DNA of 63,372 bases, the filler included, from Folioceros fuciformis (lineage: Eukaryota), in assembly GCA_049999805.1 (NCBI GenBank). It is 4 parts of 3 records of this genome, joined end to end, with 100 filler letters (N's around TTAATTAATTAA, not from the genome) between each part and the next. Parts side by side here need not be neighbours in the genome. Positions count along the whole stretch, not along the records: positions 23,581 to 47,735 come from JBNGIO010006223.1; 3 more parts are not named here. One strand, given 5' to 3'. Both the position numbers and the translations under genes were made by a program. The notes beneath the pieces were generated by a model that searched no databases, was not told the DNA's origin, and saw only the letters and a list, made by a program, of their open reading frames with translations. This document shows positions 26,962 to 39,250 of the stretch, in pieces. Each line of letters begins with the position of its first letter. Position 1 is the stretch's first letter.

Positions 26962-28934
26962 ATGGCGATGCAGGCTCGAGACATGGATCTTCATCATGAA
27001 CCGCCCGCGCCACCACGCGAGCCACAGCTCCCGAGCCTGGCGCATCTGGCGGAGCCTTTGCAATGTCTTCCTCCCGTGGATTTTGCGTTCGCTTACGGGT
27101 CGGGTGTCTTCGCGCAGCAGGGCAAGGCCTCCACGGATGTCAGTCACAGCTTTCTCTCTGTATTGCGTCGCCATTGCGGCAAAGGTGGTGAACCCGTTTT
27201 CATGAAATTGGACCTCTATGACACTTGCAGGTGCCCATGGTTGACTATATCCTAGCAGTACAGTCTCCAATGGACTGGCATTTCCAGGTAGAAAATCTGC
27301 TGGCCGATGGTTCTGGATCGACTCTTTACAGAAGTGGTGTTGATGGGATTTCGGTTGACCTGCTTCTTTAGAATTTGGAGCACAATCCAAATCACTATTC
27401 CTCGATTATACGACGCGGAGGAGCCAAGTGGGTCCGTAGTTTCTACTCTCACGCGAATGCCATGATGAAGGGGACGACATTTTTGACGATGGTGCGTTGG
27501 CATGAGTTTGTCTTCTGCAGGTCTGTTGGATTGCAGACAACGTTGGCGTTGGGGTTCACTTCAACCCTTACGTGCCGTGGAGGAACAAGGTATCTGTTAG
27601 TGGTTCACATGGGTGCGCTGTCGTTTACTTACTGATTGCGTTCGATTGGCCGTTGAACCTGGCGTTTCTACCTCGCAGATGATCAAGTATGGTGTGATTA
27701 GCACAGAGAATCTAGTGAGGGATATTCTGACCTGGGAGAAGCTCTACATCAGCGGACGTCTTCACAAGCCTGTGGGTCGCACTCTGGTGCCAACATGGTT
27801 TTGTTCGGCTTGACAACGTCAGGAATCCAACTCACTAAGGCAGCGTACTGTCGTCTTCCAGGTCTCTATCATCGTCGATAATCTTGAGTTGGGAGGCGTG
27901 AACAAAGTGAATCTGCAAGCCGCTCTATCCGCTGCTCTTTTGTTACTTCCTTCAGAGTTCTCAGAGGTCAGATGGGAACCTAACATTACTTTTCACATTA
28001 CCATGGATTTGCATTCGAATACGTTGTTTGTGATTGTATCTGTCGCTTGAATCCACGTACCTCACTTACGAATGGAACTTGTGTTTTTTAGTTTGTGCTA
28101 CCTGAGGTATTTTGCAGGAAGATCTGTTGACTACAATTTGTAGTATCTCGTACATGGGTGACATCCGCATGTTTTTTGCTGAAGATAAGCACAAGGTGAT
28201 TCACAGCTTTACTGCATTTCCATACAGAGTGTCTCCTGTGAAGTGACAGGTCTGCCATGACTTATGCCTTGACCCCCGTTTTGTATTGTGAAGGTGCGGA
28301 ACATTGTGAGAGGCAGTGCTAAACAGTTGCATAATCTTTACAAGAAATCGATGTACAACTCTTCTGCCGCTGGACTCTTGTCGTTACCGTCGACCTTCCG
28401 GACAGACCTGCAGTCCAAGCTCCTTCAGGTTGGCAAGAATTTTCTCTCATTGGTGGCACTGCGCTTGAGGAGTACGATCTGATCCAGGCATATGATGCAG
28501 GATGGTGGCAGAGATTCGAGGTGCTCCTTAATAAGTGCCCTACCCTCCTCTGTGTTGGACAAACTGGCTCTCGCAGTTGGGTTGTCAAATTCAGACAGGG
28601 AACTTGGTGATTCCTCAGTCTTCGTTTGTTGTTCACACGAATCATGGAGGATATAGGCGCCGCGTTTACTACATTCTAATGCTCCTGTTTGTGGACCACT
28701 CTCTGTTCTCGGTTGTTAAGTCACTGATAGAGCTTCCCTTTGACAGGTTTAGAAAGAGCGGAAGCCGTGCTGCAACAGGGAGGTTATGAGCTGTTGTTAA
28801 AGCGTACTCTGCGGCAGACAGTGCGAGCTTCTAGTTTTAGGCAGATGGTGTCAGGTTTCTTTGCTGCTGGCAGTTCAAATGCTGTGAAATATGTGGCTCG
28901 GAAAGCATCCAAAGCTTGGCTGTCAAGGACTTGA
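26962..28934 (+). CDS. TAM41: Mitochondrial phosphatidate cytidylyltransferase (CDP-DAG synthase), multi-exon
   Basis: [59 protein letters not shown] introns. Confidence 0.95.
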
Positions 28935-29066
28935 CTCTTCCACGGAACGAGTTAGAAGACGCGGCACAGTTGCAAAACAAAGTTCCTACGCACGGGTCGG
29001 ATTCCTATTGTGGGATTTGCAAAACAGAAGGTCCAACCAGGATATTTGTTGCCCCTATCCACAAAT

Positions 29067-32000
29067 TTAGCGGAGCTTAACTTGCTTGAATTCTCGCATG
29101 GTGCTGATGATGGCCGTCTCTACTGGCAATCGCTCCATGCTTGATGCACCGTAGAATCCATGCACCCCACTCTTTTGAATAACGAAGGCTGCTTCCTCAG
29201 CACCTGATATGGGGCCTGCAGCATAAAACCAAATGGATGGAGGAGTGTCAGCAGGCACTTATCTCCGTCTTCTCGGCAGTTTATGGTATTCATTGATGCA
29301 TTCTTTGGCTTGTTGTAACTTCTTCCACATTTACCTCCATGGCATAGGACGAGGATGTTCGGTTTTATCTCCTGGGCAGCTACAGCTATGGCCTTCACTC
29401 TTTGCGCGCTTTCTTCCAAAGATAAGGCAGTTTTTGCCCCTATCGACCCAGCAGTTGTCAAGCCCATGTGAGCTACGATGATGTCCGCCCCTGCGGTGGC
29501 CATTTGCCGAGATTCTGCCTCGTTGAATACATACGGTGTAGTTAGCAAACCCAGATCATGAGCTTGCCGTATCATATCCACTTCGAGCCTGCCACAATCT
29601 GCAAACGTTAGCTGGATGCCAGCCCAGGAACTCAATGCCCAATGAAAGACATTTTCAAGAACGTACCCGTAACCCATTCCAGTCTCCTCCAGATTCTGAC
29701 GAAAGTTGCCGTCGATTATGCCAACGGTAGGGAAGTTTTGGATGCCTACAAATCCCATGTCCGCAAGTTGCCGCAGGAAGCTTCTAATTTGACGAAAGGG
29801 ATCAGACGCGCACACTCCAGCAAGGACAGGCACCCTCTTCACAACCTGCAATTCCAGGGAGTTGCAGCTGTTGAGGAGGGTGGAAATGGTTGGGCTTGCA
29901 AGCACAGAGAACATCGGGGGCTACAAGAACCATACTGGTAGAATTTCACTCGCCATGTCCACAAGCACAGCGTTTGCATCCTTGTAGGGCATCAGACCAG
30001 CCAGAGAACCTCGGCCAGCCATCCTGAATCGACCTGAGTTGTACAGAATGATCAAGTCAGCTCCACCTTCCTCTTCAAACTTTGCAGAAATCCCCGTCCC
30101 TGCGCCTGCACCAATAATGGGAATGCCACGAGAGATCTGTCTCCTCAACCTCTGCAGCACCAAGGACCTTGGCAAACTTCCTGAGTCTTCGGCCTTAGTT
30201 ACGTCAAAGGAAAGGGAGCGTTGCGGCACTGCACATTCATCTGTGGTAGCGCCTTGGTCTGGAAGCTTGTGCACTGTCTGTGCTACATCTATTTCTGAGG
30301 ACATGGAGGAAGTTTCTTGATGGTTCTGAACATTTAAAGGCTCCTCACTCGTTGGCACCTCAACGACTGATGAGTTCGAGGTAATGCACAGAAACTCCTG
30401 CACAAGAGCTTCAGCAAAATCCAGGTCGTTGATGTGGAACGGTTTGCGGTGAACCTACAGTAGTGTAACGCCCGAACGTGCACTTAGCCCATAAGCTAGT
30501 TCCCACATCGAAACGGAATGCAATAGTGGTCACTCACTTGACGGTCAGCTGTTTGATGGACTGCTTGCTGTAGTTGGTTGTACAGGGCTTCTCGTGCTTC
30601 AGGATCGTAGAAGGGCATACCCGAGGCATCAAGTGCAGAGACGCCATGGTCGGGAAGCAGAACTCTCACAGGGGCGGTCGATTTGTTAAGAGCATCAGCA
30701 ATGAAGTTTGCAAACTTCTTGTTTTCCTCCACCGTTGTTCGCATGACAGTCACCTTATGATGATCACCCCACACACACATCACCAAACATAAGACAGTCA
30801 GTTGGAAACGTTGCAGATGCAAAGCCTATCAGTGACGACCATTGAACCTTTTCATTGTGAGCGTGAAGCTGTCTTGTGCTGAACTCAGCTGGTATACTGT
30901 TGCGCTCCCAAAAGTTCACTATGTCCAAAGCTCCAACACTGACGACCAGAGGAATACCCATTTGAATCATGGCTTCAAACCTGTTGCTCTTACAAGGCAT
31001 GACTCCCCCCACGACATAGTCGGCTACCTCCGTGGTGGTGATGTCTATGACGCCCTGCAAGCCAAGGCAGCGTAAAACCTCCTTGTAGTACAGAATATGA
31101 CAATCCTCATACATGTACACAGGGCAACACTAGCGTCCAGCAGCCAGCGCAACACCTGAAGAAGACCTTGAGTCACCATGCTTTCCATCGCTTGACCGCC
31201 AATGCCGGTGGCATGAAACACGAGTGACTCGAACCCAGCATGTCTCAGCTTCGTCTGCACGGCATTCACACAGGGAGTTGTGACACCGAACATTGTCAAG
31301 CCCACCGTGGGCCTTTCTGCCCCGGAGCCAGACTCGGACTGCTTTCCATCCACCTTGTTCCTGATAATGCCAGCCACCATGCCCGCCAAAGCAGAAGCAG
31401 AATTGTTTAGGATACGCGAGCTGACGGGGTTCGGGCCACTCAAGTCCACCACAGATGGCCACAGAACAAGATCCGAATCCTGGATGAAGGGTCCCGTATT
31501 CCCGCTGGCTATTGTGGAGACCAGAATCTTTGGCACCCCTATAGGAAGTTCCCGGAGAGCTGGTGCTATGAGAGCTGACCCGCCAGAGCCACCGATTCCT
31601 ATAGCACCAGCCACCCCGCCCTGGGCGCGGAGGAATTCCCGAAGGGCCACGCTGAGCACAGACACCGCAGAGCCTCTGTCACTCGGGAGACTTGTGAACG
31701 ACCTCAAGGATGCATCTGGGTGGCGGGACAGAACGTGCTGTCTGCTGACATGCGAGTGTCCACTTGCAGGTTCCACTACAGCAGCTTGGGATGCAGACAC
31801 GTCCACGGTGACAACGTTCACCTGCACAGAAAGCACATTGTATGACTGGATAGTGCGAAGGAGCAGCATTGCGCTGCCCCGCCCCCGCAGTCTGGACAAG
31901 CTCCAAGCTAGGTTGAGGCTTGGTTGAGAGGCCACTTACCTGTCCTTGGGCTGCGGGACAGAAGAGAGCGAGGTGGGAGGACACCTGCTGAGCGACATAG

Positions 32001-32092
32001 AGAAGCTCCTGGCCCTTGGTGTCAAGAGTCCCTATGCAGTAGATTGTCAGCCTGGACGACGGCGATGCTGGAGCTGCAGCTGGTGCAGCCAT
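29067..32092 (-). CDS. ToMV resistance protein Tm-1-like (UPF0261 domain + TIM-barrel), multi-exon
   Basis: [96 protein letters not shown]. Confidence 0.95.
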
Positions 32093-32904
32093 TTCCGTCT
32101 TCCTCCGGGTCTGGGTCGCCGTCGCTGCAGTTGGGAGGAGAGCCAAGTAAATGTGCTGGGACCAGCCTCGAGCGTCGGACAAGTGGCACAACTATGGGGC
32201 ACAAAAGTCGGGTGCAGGGCGTATTTTTCATAGTGAGAACGGAATTATTGCTGGACCACCAACCACATTGCATTCGGTAGGTGATCGATGACGCCACTTC
32301 AAAGCAGCTCGTTTCTGGTGACTGCTGAAATTGCTGGGATTCGTTACCGACAGAGGACGATAAAAAGAGTCTTTCGATGTACTGGCGAACCTTCTGGACG
32401 GCACGTTATCTGAATCTCATGAGTCCACAAGGGGGTGGGAGCAAACAGAACGTACACCGAGAACAGGTGGTTGTCTTGGACTTCGTTTTCGTCAGCCTAG
32501 TGTCTTAGCCACTGCCCGTCTCTTGCGATGCTCGCTTGTGGTGCTATCGGCTTGGTGGAGATCGAGCAAGCTTTTCGTGGGAGCAAACCTCCGAGCATCA
32601 GAGAATTGGGGGCTGTTAGCTAGTCGCTGTCTCTGAAACAGAAGGGCCTTGCAATTGCAATCACTTAAGATGGAGTCTGTTTTGTTTGGATGGGCTCTAT
32701 CTTAAGTGAGATTGACCGCAGATTCATCGAGGTTTGTGAGCTTGGATTTTCGTGGTAGCAGGTGCTGCTGCTGCCCACCTCAGACGGTATCCATGTAAGC
32801 TCACGGAGGTGATCTGGACGATTACTTGGGCAGCAACTTCGGATTGCGCCTGTTTACCTCCTCCCATGTTCCTGGACCTTTCCTAAACACAGCGATCTGC
32901 ACAC

Positions 32905-34903
32905 ATGTTGGTGGGCAAAGGTTTAGCAAGGTGGTTGTTCCACCGGAAAGCCCTCCGGTTGAACACTTCAATTCGAATGGTGAGTCCTGGTTCGCTCGGC
33001 TGCAACAGCTTGCCAAGGAACGGTGAAACAGCAAACCAGCATCCATTGTCATCCGGATATGGTATGTGCTGGCTTAGGCCTCTTGGAGGTGAAGAAGCTC
33101 TATTTGGAGCAGGGGATGAAACGGCTTCAACGGCAAGCCCCATGACCCGTCAATTCTGGTATCGTCTCCATCCTCTGCACTTGGCTGTACAGTTGTCCCG
33201 ACCTGCTGCTCTCATGTTTAGGGCCTTTGCAGGGAGAGGGGCTCAAAGTATTCACCGTCGCCCATTGGACTTCGTGGTGCTCCCAATTCTCCGTCACTTG
33301 ACATTTCTCCTGTGAGGGGGGCGGGCCGTGGTAAACGGCACCAAAGCTATCCCAGCTGTGAGAGGGGATTCTGGTCTTCACCAACCAGCCTTTACGAGGC
33401 ATCGAAGGAAGTGATCCAAAAGCGGCCCAAGGTACTTTCAACACTGGAATCTGCCTAAGTAGGGAGGATGCATGTCATTTTGGCTGGGTGGTCCTATGTT
33501 CTTTGCGTCATGTTCGTTGGTGAAACATTCGTGTGACCTCTTGCAAACGAAGGTGCTTGCTGGGTTGCCCAGCTACGTCAAGGTTGTGGAGGTGGGTCCT
33601 AGAGATGGGCTTCAAAACGAGAAGAAAACGGTGCCAACAGACGTAAAAGTCGAACTTATCCGAAGACTAGTGGCTGCTGGCCTGTCGGTTATTGAAGCCA
33701 CCAGCTTTGTCTCCCCAAAGTGGGTGCCTCAGGTACAAACTTGTAGACTTGGAGATCCCCTCTATCTCTAGGTTCGAATCACTTGTTTACTGTATTGGGG
33801 CATGCCAGCTTGGAGATGCGAAAGATGTGATGGCATCACTCAAGTCGTTCAGTACAGCAAGGTTTCCAGTCTTGACGCCTAACCTCAAGGTAAATAAATG
33901 CTGGGGTGACAGTCTGATTCAGTTCGTTCATGTGCCGAGCCATGCCTGTTGCTATTCTCATTCCTAGAGCTTGTGGGCAGGGATTGGAGGCAGCCCTTTC
34001 CGCCGGAGCAACTGAGGTTGCAGTTTTCGCGGCTGCCTCAGAATCCTTCTCAAAGTCCAACATTAACTGTACCATTGAAGAAAGCCTTCAGAGATACAGA
34101 GATGTATGTGAAGCAGCAAAATCCAGAAACATTCCAGTAAGAGGGTATTGTTCAGACGTCATCAAAGCCTTTGCAGGTGCTCATGGCGTCTCTTTTCGAT
34201 CAATACTGCCAATCGCATGTTCCTTCTCCTTTGTGTGTGTGTGTGATACAGGTACGTTTCATGCGTTGTTGGTTGCCCTATTGAAGGCCCAATTTCACCG
34301 GCCAAAGTAGCCTATGTGGCAGGGGAGCTCTATAAAATGGGTTGCCAGGAAATTTCCCTTGGTGACACAATCGGTGTGGGCACCCCTGGTATGCATCTCT
34401 GGTACACTTGTGTGCAACAAGTCGTGGGACCATTGATGTCGTGGATCGGCAATTAATGAGTGGTGCTTCACCAGGAGGAGTGGCACGGATGCTGCAAGCA
34501 GTTACGGATGTGATTCCAGTGGAGCGCCTGGCAGTGCACCTCCATGATACATACGGACAGGCACTTGCAAATCTTTTCGTTGCCCTTCAGGTATGACTTG
34601 TGGGCAAGCGAGCAGACTCACCTTGCACCGAAATATCTAAGTTGTAATACTGTGGTCCACTGGCCGCAGATGGGTGTGAATGTGGTAGACTCGTCAGTTG
34701 CAGGTCTTGGGGGTTGTCCTTATGCAAAAGGTGCGTCAGGAAACGTGGCAACAGAAGACGTAGTCTACTTACTGGATGGCCTCGGCATTGAAACTAATGT
34801 CGACCTCAACAAAGTGGTGGCTGCTGGAGAGTTCATCTGTCAGCACCTCGACAGACCTTCCGGATCGAAGGTAGCAACTGCTATTCGGAGATGTAAAGCT
34901 TGA
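32905..34903 (+). CDS. HMGCL: Hydroxymethylglutaryl-CoA lyase; conserved core 33553-34903, 5' exons uncertain
   Basis: [59 protein letters not shown]. The 5' start is tentatively placed at a transit-peptide-like ATG (32905). Confidence 0.9.
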
Positions 34904-35675
34904 ACAGCATTCGCCAAGTGTGGTGTATGCTTGAACTGGTTTTTGTCACTCAATTCTTTGGCCCTAGACTTAGAGTCTAGTCTAAGTCTAAGTCTAGGAG
35001 CGTGAAACCACAAATCCAATGAACAGATGTACATATCGACGATTTTGGTATGCAAGGAACTTATCCTTCATAGACTGGGTTCCTCCTGGATGGATGCTTT
35101 GTCACTCCTGATTCACGACTGACGATAGTACATCTGCAACTGCTTGCCCGCTCCCAACAAAGCACTTCACATCTCTGCAAATTTCATTTCAAGTATCCAT
35201 TATCATTCTTCACTGTTAGGAGTGACTTATAGTATATCGACTGCTATTTACGTACAGCGAGGCCAGAGGAGAGCCACATACATAATAGGTTGTGGGACAC
35301 CATGTGAGTTCGAATCGCCGAATCGAAGAATCGACATCCATGTACATGGTATGTACTGTATGAGCTTGGACTAATGTGCGAGTTAGAATCAACGGGGTTG
35401 GAAAGTGGATACGAACAGTCTAAGTGAGCGTGAGGTACATAGGCGGAGGGCGGGCGAGTTGGCGGCTTTACCCGGCAGGGCAGCTGGCAAGGGTGAAGAG
35501 GCAGGGAAAGGGCCTGCGGAATCGGATTCCAGGAGGAGGGCCCAGTCTCCTCAGGTCCCCGGTGCGGGGTGGAGGAGAAGGTGGAGAGATTAGCGACGCC
35601 CGTAGCAAGGGTTGTGGGTTTAGAACAAGGGGTTGTTTAATGCGGGCTTGGTAGGGCTTTGAATCCGTTGGAGGC

Positions 35676-37308
35676 ATGGGGAAGAAGAGGAAGCACGTTG
35701 CTGCCGAGGTGGATGCGGACAAGGCTGCAGGAACCGAGGCGCTTGCGGAGCCTCAGCCAAAGCGCACGCTGTTCGGACCTCTGAAGGATTCCGACGGGCG
35801 TCTTTCTAACGGGGAAAATCATGAGGGGACTGATGACAAGACGGTGGTGTACAGGAACAAGGAGAAGTTGCTTGTTCTTTGCTCCCGCCGCATTAGTTTC
35901 GGGTTCGCGGCCTTCTGTGTGTTGTGCTTGCCAAGGTCCTCCCTAGTGTGTTTCCCAGCTGAACGATGACGACCTAATTTGGACAGGTACCGGCATTTGA
36001 TGATGGACATGGCCTCCCTCCTGCCGCATAGTAAGAGGGACGTGAAGGTTGCGCTCAAGGGCAACAAAGCTGAGATACTGAATGAGCTGGCGGATTTGAA
36101 GGGTTGTTCGAGTTGCCTGTTTTTCGAGGTTTTGTGCTTCGTCCCCTGCAGTTGTTGCCACGTACTGAGAGGAGGATGAGGCTCTGTGTTTTGTTTCCAT
36201 GGCAACTGTTTGGTGGTGACTGAGACTGATGCTGACTTCTGGGTTCAGTGCAGGAAGAAGAAGGACCTCTACATGTGGCTCGCCAAGTCGCCCTCTGGAC
36301 CCTCAGCCAAGTTTCTTGTAAACGCAGGTGAAAAGGAGTCTATATTTGGTGTTTCGTGAGCTTGCAGGTGATATCCCGTTGGAAGTAGGTGAGATCTTTT
36401 CAGGCTATGTTTGATGTGCAGTCCATACGATGGAAGAGCTTAAGCTCACCGGTAATCATCTGAAAGGCTCTCGTCCCCTTCTTTCCTTCTCATCGACGTT
36501 TGACTCCCTGCCCCATCTTCAGCTCTTGAAGGAACTTTTCACACAGGTAGGTATCAGTGGTCAGAGATTCTGTACTGCGCTGTCCACAGTTGTTTTTTTT
36601 TTTTTGGTGACGTTTTTCTTACTGGGTTGAAGGTTTATTGCACACCGAAGGATCACCGGAAGTCAAAGCCATTTTTTGACCACATTCTCTCATTTTCAAT
36701 ATTGGACAGCCGGATATGGTTTAGAAACTATCAGGTGAATCTGTGCACATGTGTTTCCAGCTATTGCTTTTTGGGATGACTCAATTGCTTGCTGGTCTTT
36801 TCCCGTATGAACTCACTGTTGAGCTTTTTGCAGATATGTGCCCCTCATCACGGATCTGGGAATGCCGATAAGTCGTCTTTGGAGAAGATGACTCTGATAG
36901 AGGTGCGATGAGCAATGCTTTTCCTCAGATAGCTTGTGATCTTGTCACCATGGGGCTGCTCACAGATCCACCGGCTTGCTGTTTGCAGGTGGGACCAAGG
37001 TTCACCTTAGATTTGATAAAGATCTTTGGTGGTAGCTTTAGTGGACAGACACTGTACGAGAACCCTTTTTACGTCTCTCCTAACAAGGTGTGCTAGTTGT
37101 TTTGTGGCTCCGTCCCCGCTCCTCACCAAGCTTTTCTTCTGTGTGACGGGTTTTAAGGATGGGTCCGGTTTTGCAGCTTCGATCAGAAGCAAAGCGTGCG
37201 AAGGCAGGAAAGTACACAAAAAAAGTCAAGGCCAAGCAAAGAAGAAAGCAACACGTAGTGAACAACCAAGCGGAATCAGACGAATTAGACGGCATGTGGG
37301 ATGAGTAA
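35676..37308 (+). CDS. BRX1: Ribosome biogenesis protein BRX1 (Brix domain), multi-exon
   Basis: YRNKEKLLVLCSRRI, YRHLM, LLPHSK, HTMEELKLTGNHLKGSRPLLSF, VGPRF, LYENPFYVSPN; last exon ends DGMWDE*. Confidence 0.95.
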
Positions 37309-38898
37309 GCTGATTTTGGGTATGGCCTACCGCCTACTGGCTGCGGTACTCGTGGTACGGGTGGGGCACACTGGGTTGATTCCAATTGGCCCGCCCTGTC
37401 TTGGGTCTGTTTTTTTCAATGACAGTGCCGTGCACAGTTTTGTTGGGAAACTGGAAGACTGATGTTCTGTAATAAAAGAAAAAGCAATTTCACTGCTCAC
37501 ACCCTGTAGTGCACACTTTGGCATTCTTTGTGTGGGCTCCGCTAACCTTTGTCTATCCACTGGTCACGGGAGGATGATTTCCCGCAGCATGCTGGAGCAG
37601 GGGCCAAGGCTGCTGAATGGTTTGCCAGGGATAGAGGGTGGAGTAGTGGCCTGGTAGTCACGCCTCATCATGTGGCAAAGTGACGCTCCTCTTGCCAGGC
37701 TCGGTGCGCGCCGTTGCCTAGAGCTTCCCTTTGTCAGGGCCACTGCATGCCATCGCAAACACGGTGGAGGAGATGGCACACATGTGGCTGCCGGACTGGA
37801 TGTTGAGCTCAGCGTCACACGCGGCTGGGATCTTCCAGCCCCCTGGAAGAGACGGTGCTGGACGCTGTGTGGGACACCTGGAAGTCTCTCTTTGCGGAAG
37901 CCAGCACGTGCAGTCGAGCGAACATAGGGTGAGAAATGTACAAATGCAGCTCCAACGAGTGGTACAGACTGGTCAAAAGTTAGCTCACGAGCCTTGCAAA
38001 ACGAGCAGCTAACGTCAGCTTTGTGAAGGACGTTGCATCCATTCCAGTTTAGCGCATCATATTCCTTCCGGTTGATGGGGTCATGAGGAGTCACGACACT
38101 CACTAGCGCCCTTTGGCCCTGGTAGGCCATGGCTGTCGTGGAGGGGGAGACGACAAAACCTGCGTTATTGTTGCCCTGATTCCGTTCGTGCGAAGCCCGT
38201 ATCAAATTGGGCAGACTTGTGTCGGCAACTCCACACTTGCAGGAGAATGGACTCCAGTCAACCAGGTATGGACAGACTGTATGTATGCATGTACAGTAGT
38301 ATGTATGTGCTTGTGTGGCAGGTAAGCTGCCTCCCTGGTCACCCTCAACTCTAAACCCAATTAATATTCGTTACGTGACCGAGCCCGAGTTCAACTTTGA
38401 CTCGCGCAACCACAAGGATGATCGGAGAGGAAAGGAGAGGACAGGAGCGAAGCGAAGCGAACCGGAGCGGAGCGGATTGCGCGTGTGTTGAATGTCTTCT
38501 CGCGAAAACCGATATGTCAGAGATCACAACAATGGATAAGCGGTTGGGCGGACGTGACGTCAGAAACCGGCTCTGGGAGGGTTTACGTTGAATCTCACGA
38601 AGCGGCAGAGCTTTCGTTTCTGTAGGCTTGAGTGTGGACAGGCTGAACACCGACATATCGGGCAAGGAAAAAAGTAGTGACTGTCATGAGGATGGCAGAG
38701 AATGGACACTGGCCGCAGGGTTGCAGAGAAGAGAAGCGAAGCAGAAAGAGTGGTTGAGATATTTTGATGCTCGCACCGAAGAATCTCGAGACGAAATCGG
38801 AGGTTGACGAAGGAAGTTTAAGAAGAGGGGTTTCCGGAGTGTAAGACATTTGATTAGTGGCCGGCGAGGGTATAAGCAATCGGCGAGGCGTGGCAGTT

Positions 38899-38975
38899 AA
38901 GGGCAAGGCACGGAAAGGGAGGGCAAGGCACGGAAAGGGAAGGCAAGGAAAGGGAAGGCAAGGCAAGGCAAGGCA
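38899..38975. repeat. Purine-rich pentamer repeat (GGCAA/GGAAA variants) upstream of the LRR-RLK
   Basis: gggcaaggcacggaaaggga x2, then (aggca)n. Confidence 0.8.
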
Positions 38976-39250
38976 GTGAAGTGCGGGGGGTGGGTCCGCG
39001 CCGTGCCCAAAATGGGCGTGGCCAGCCTAACAACCTCCAGCGTTGAGCACGGGGAGCGCAGCTCAACTCCGGATTCCACCCGCGATCGCTTGCTTTAGCC
39101 CGTCCTCGGGAGATCGTACATGCAATGTGATGATCGCTTCAAGCGGAGGCCGGCAGTCGCAGTGCCAGAGCGCGAGGTATCTATGCCACGCCGTGGGCCG
39201 CGACTGCTCTCGCAGCTTTGTGTTGCTCTTTGCCTCATGAGAGCCTAGAG

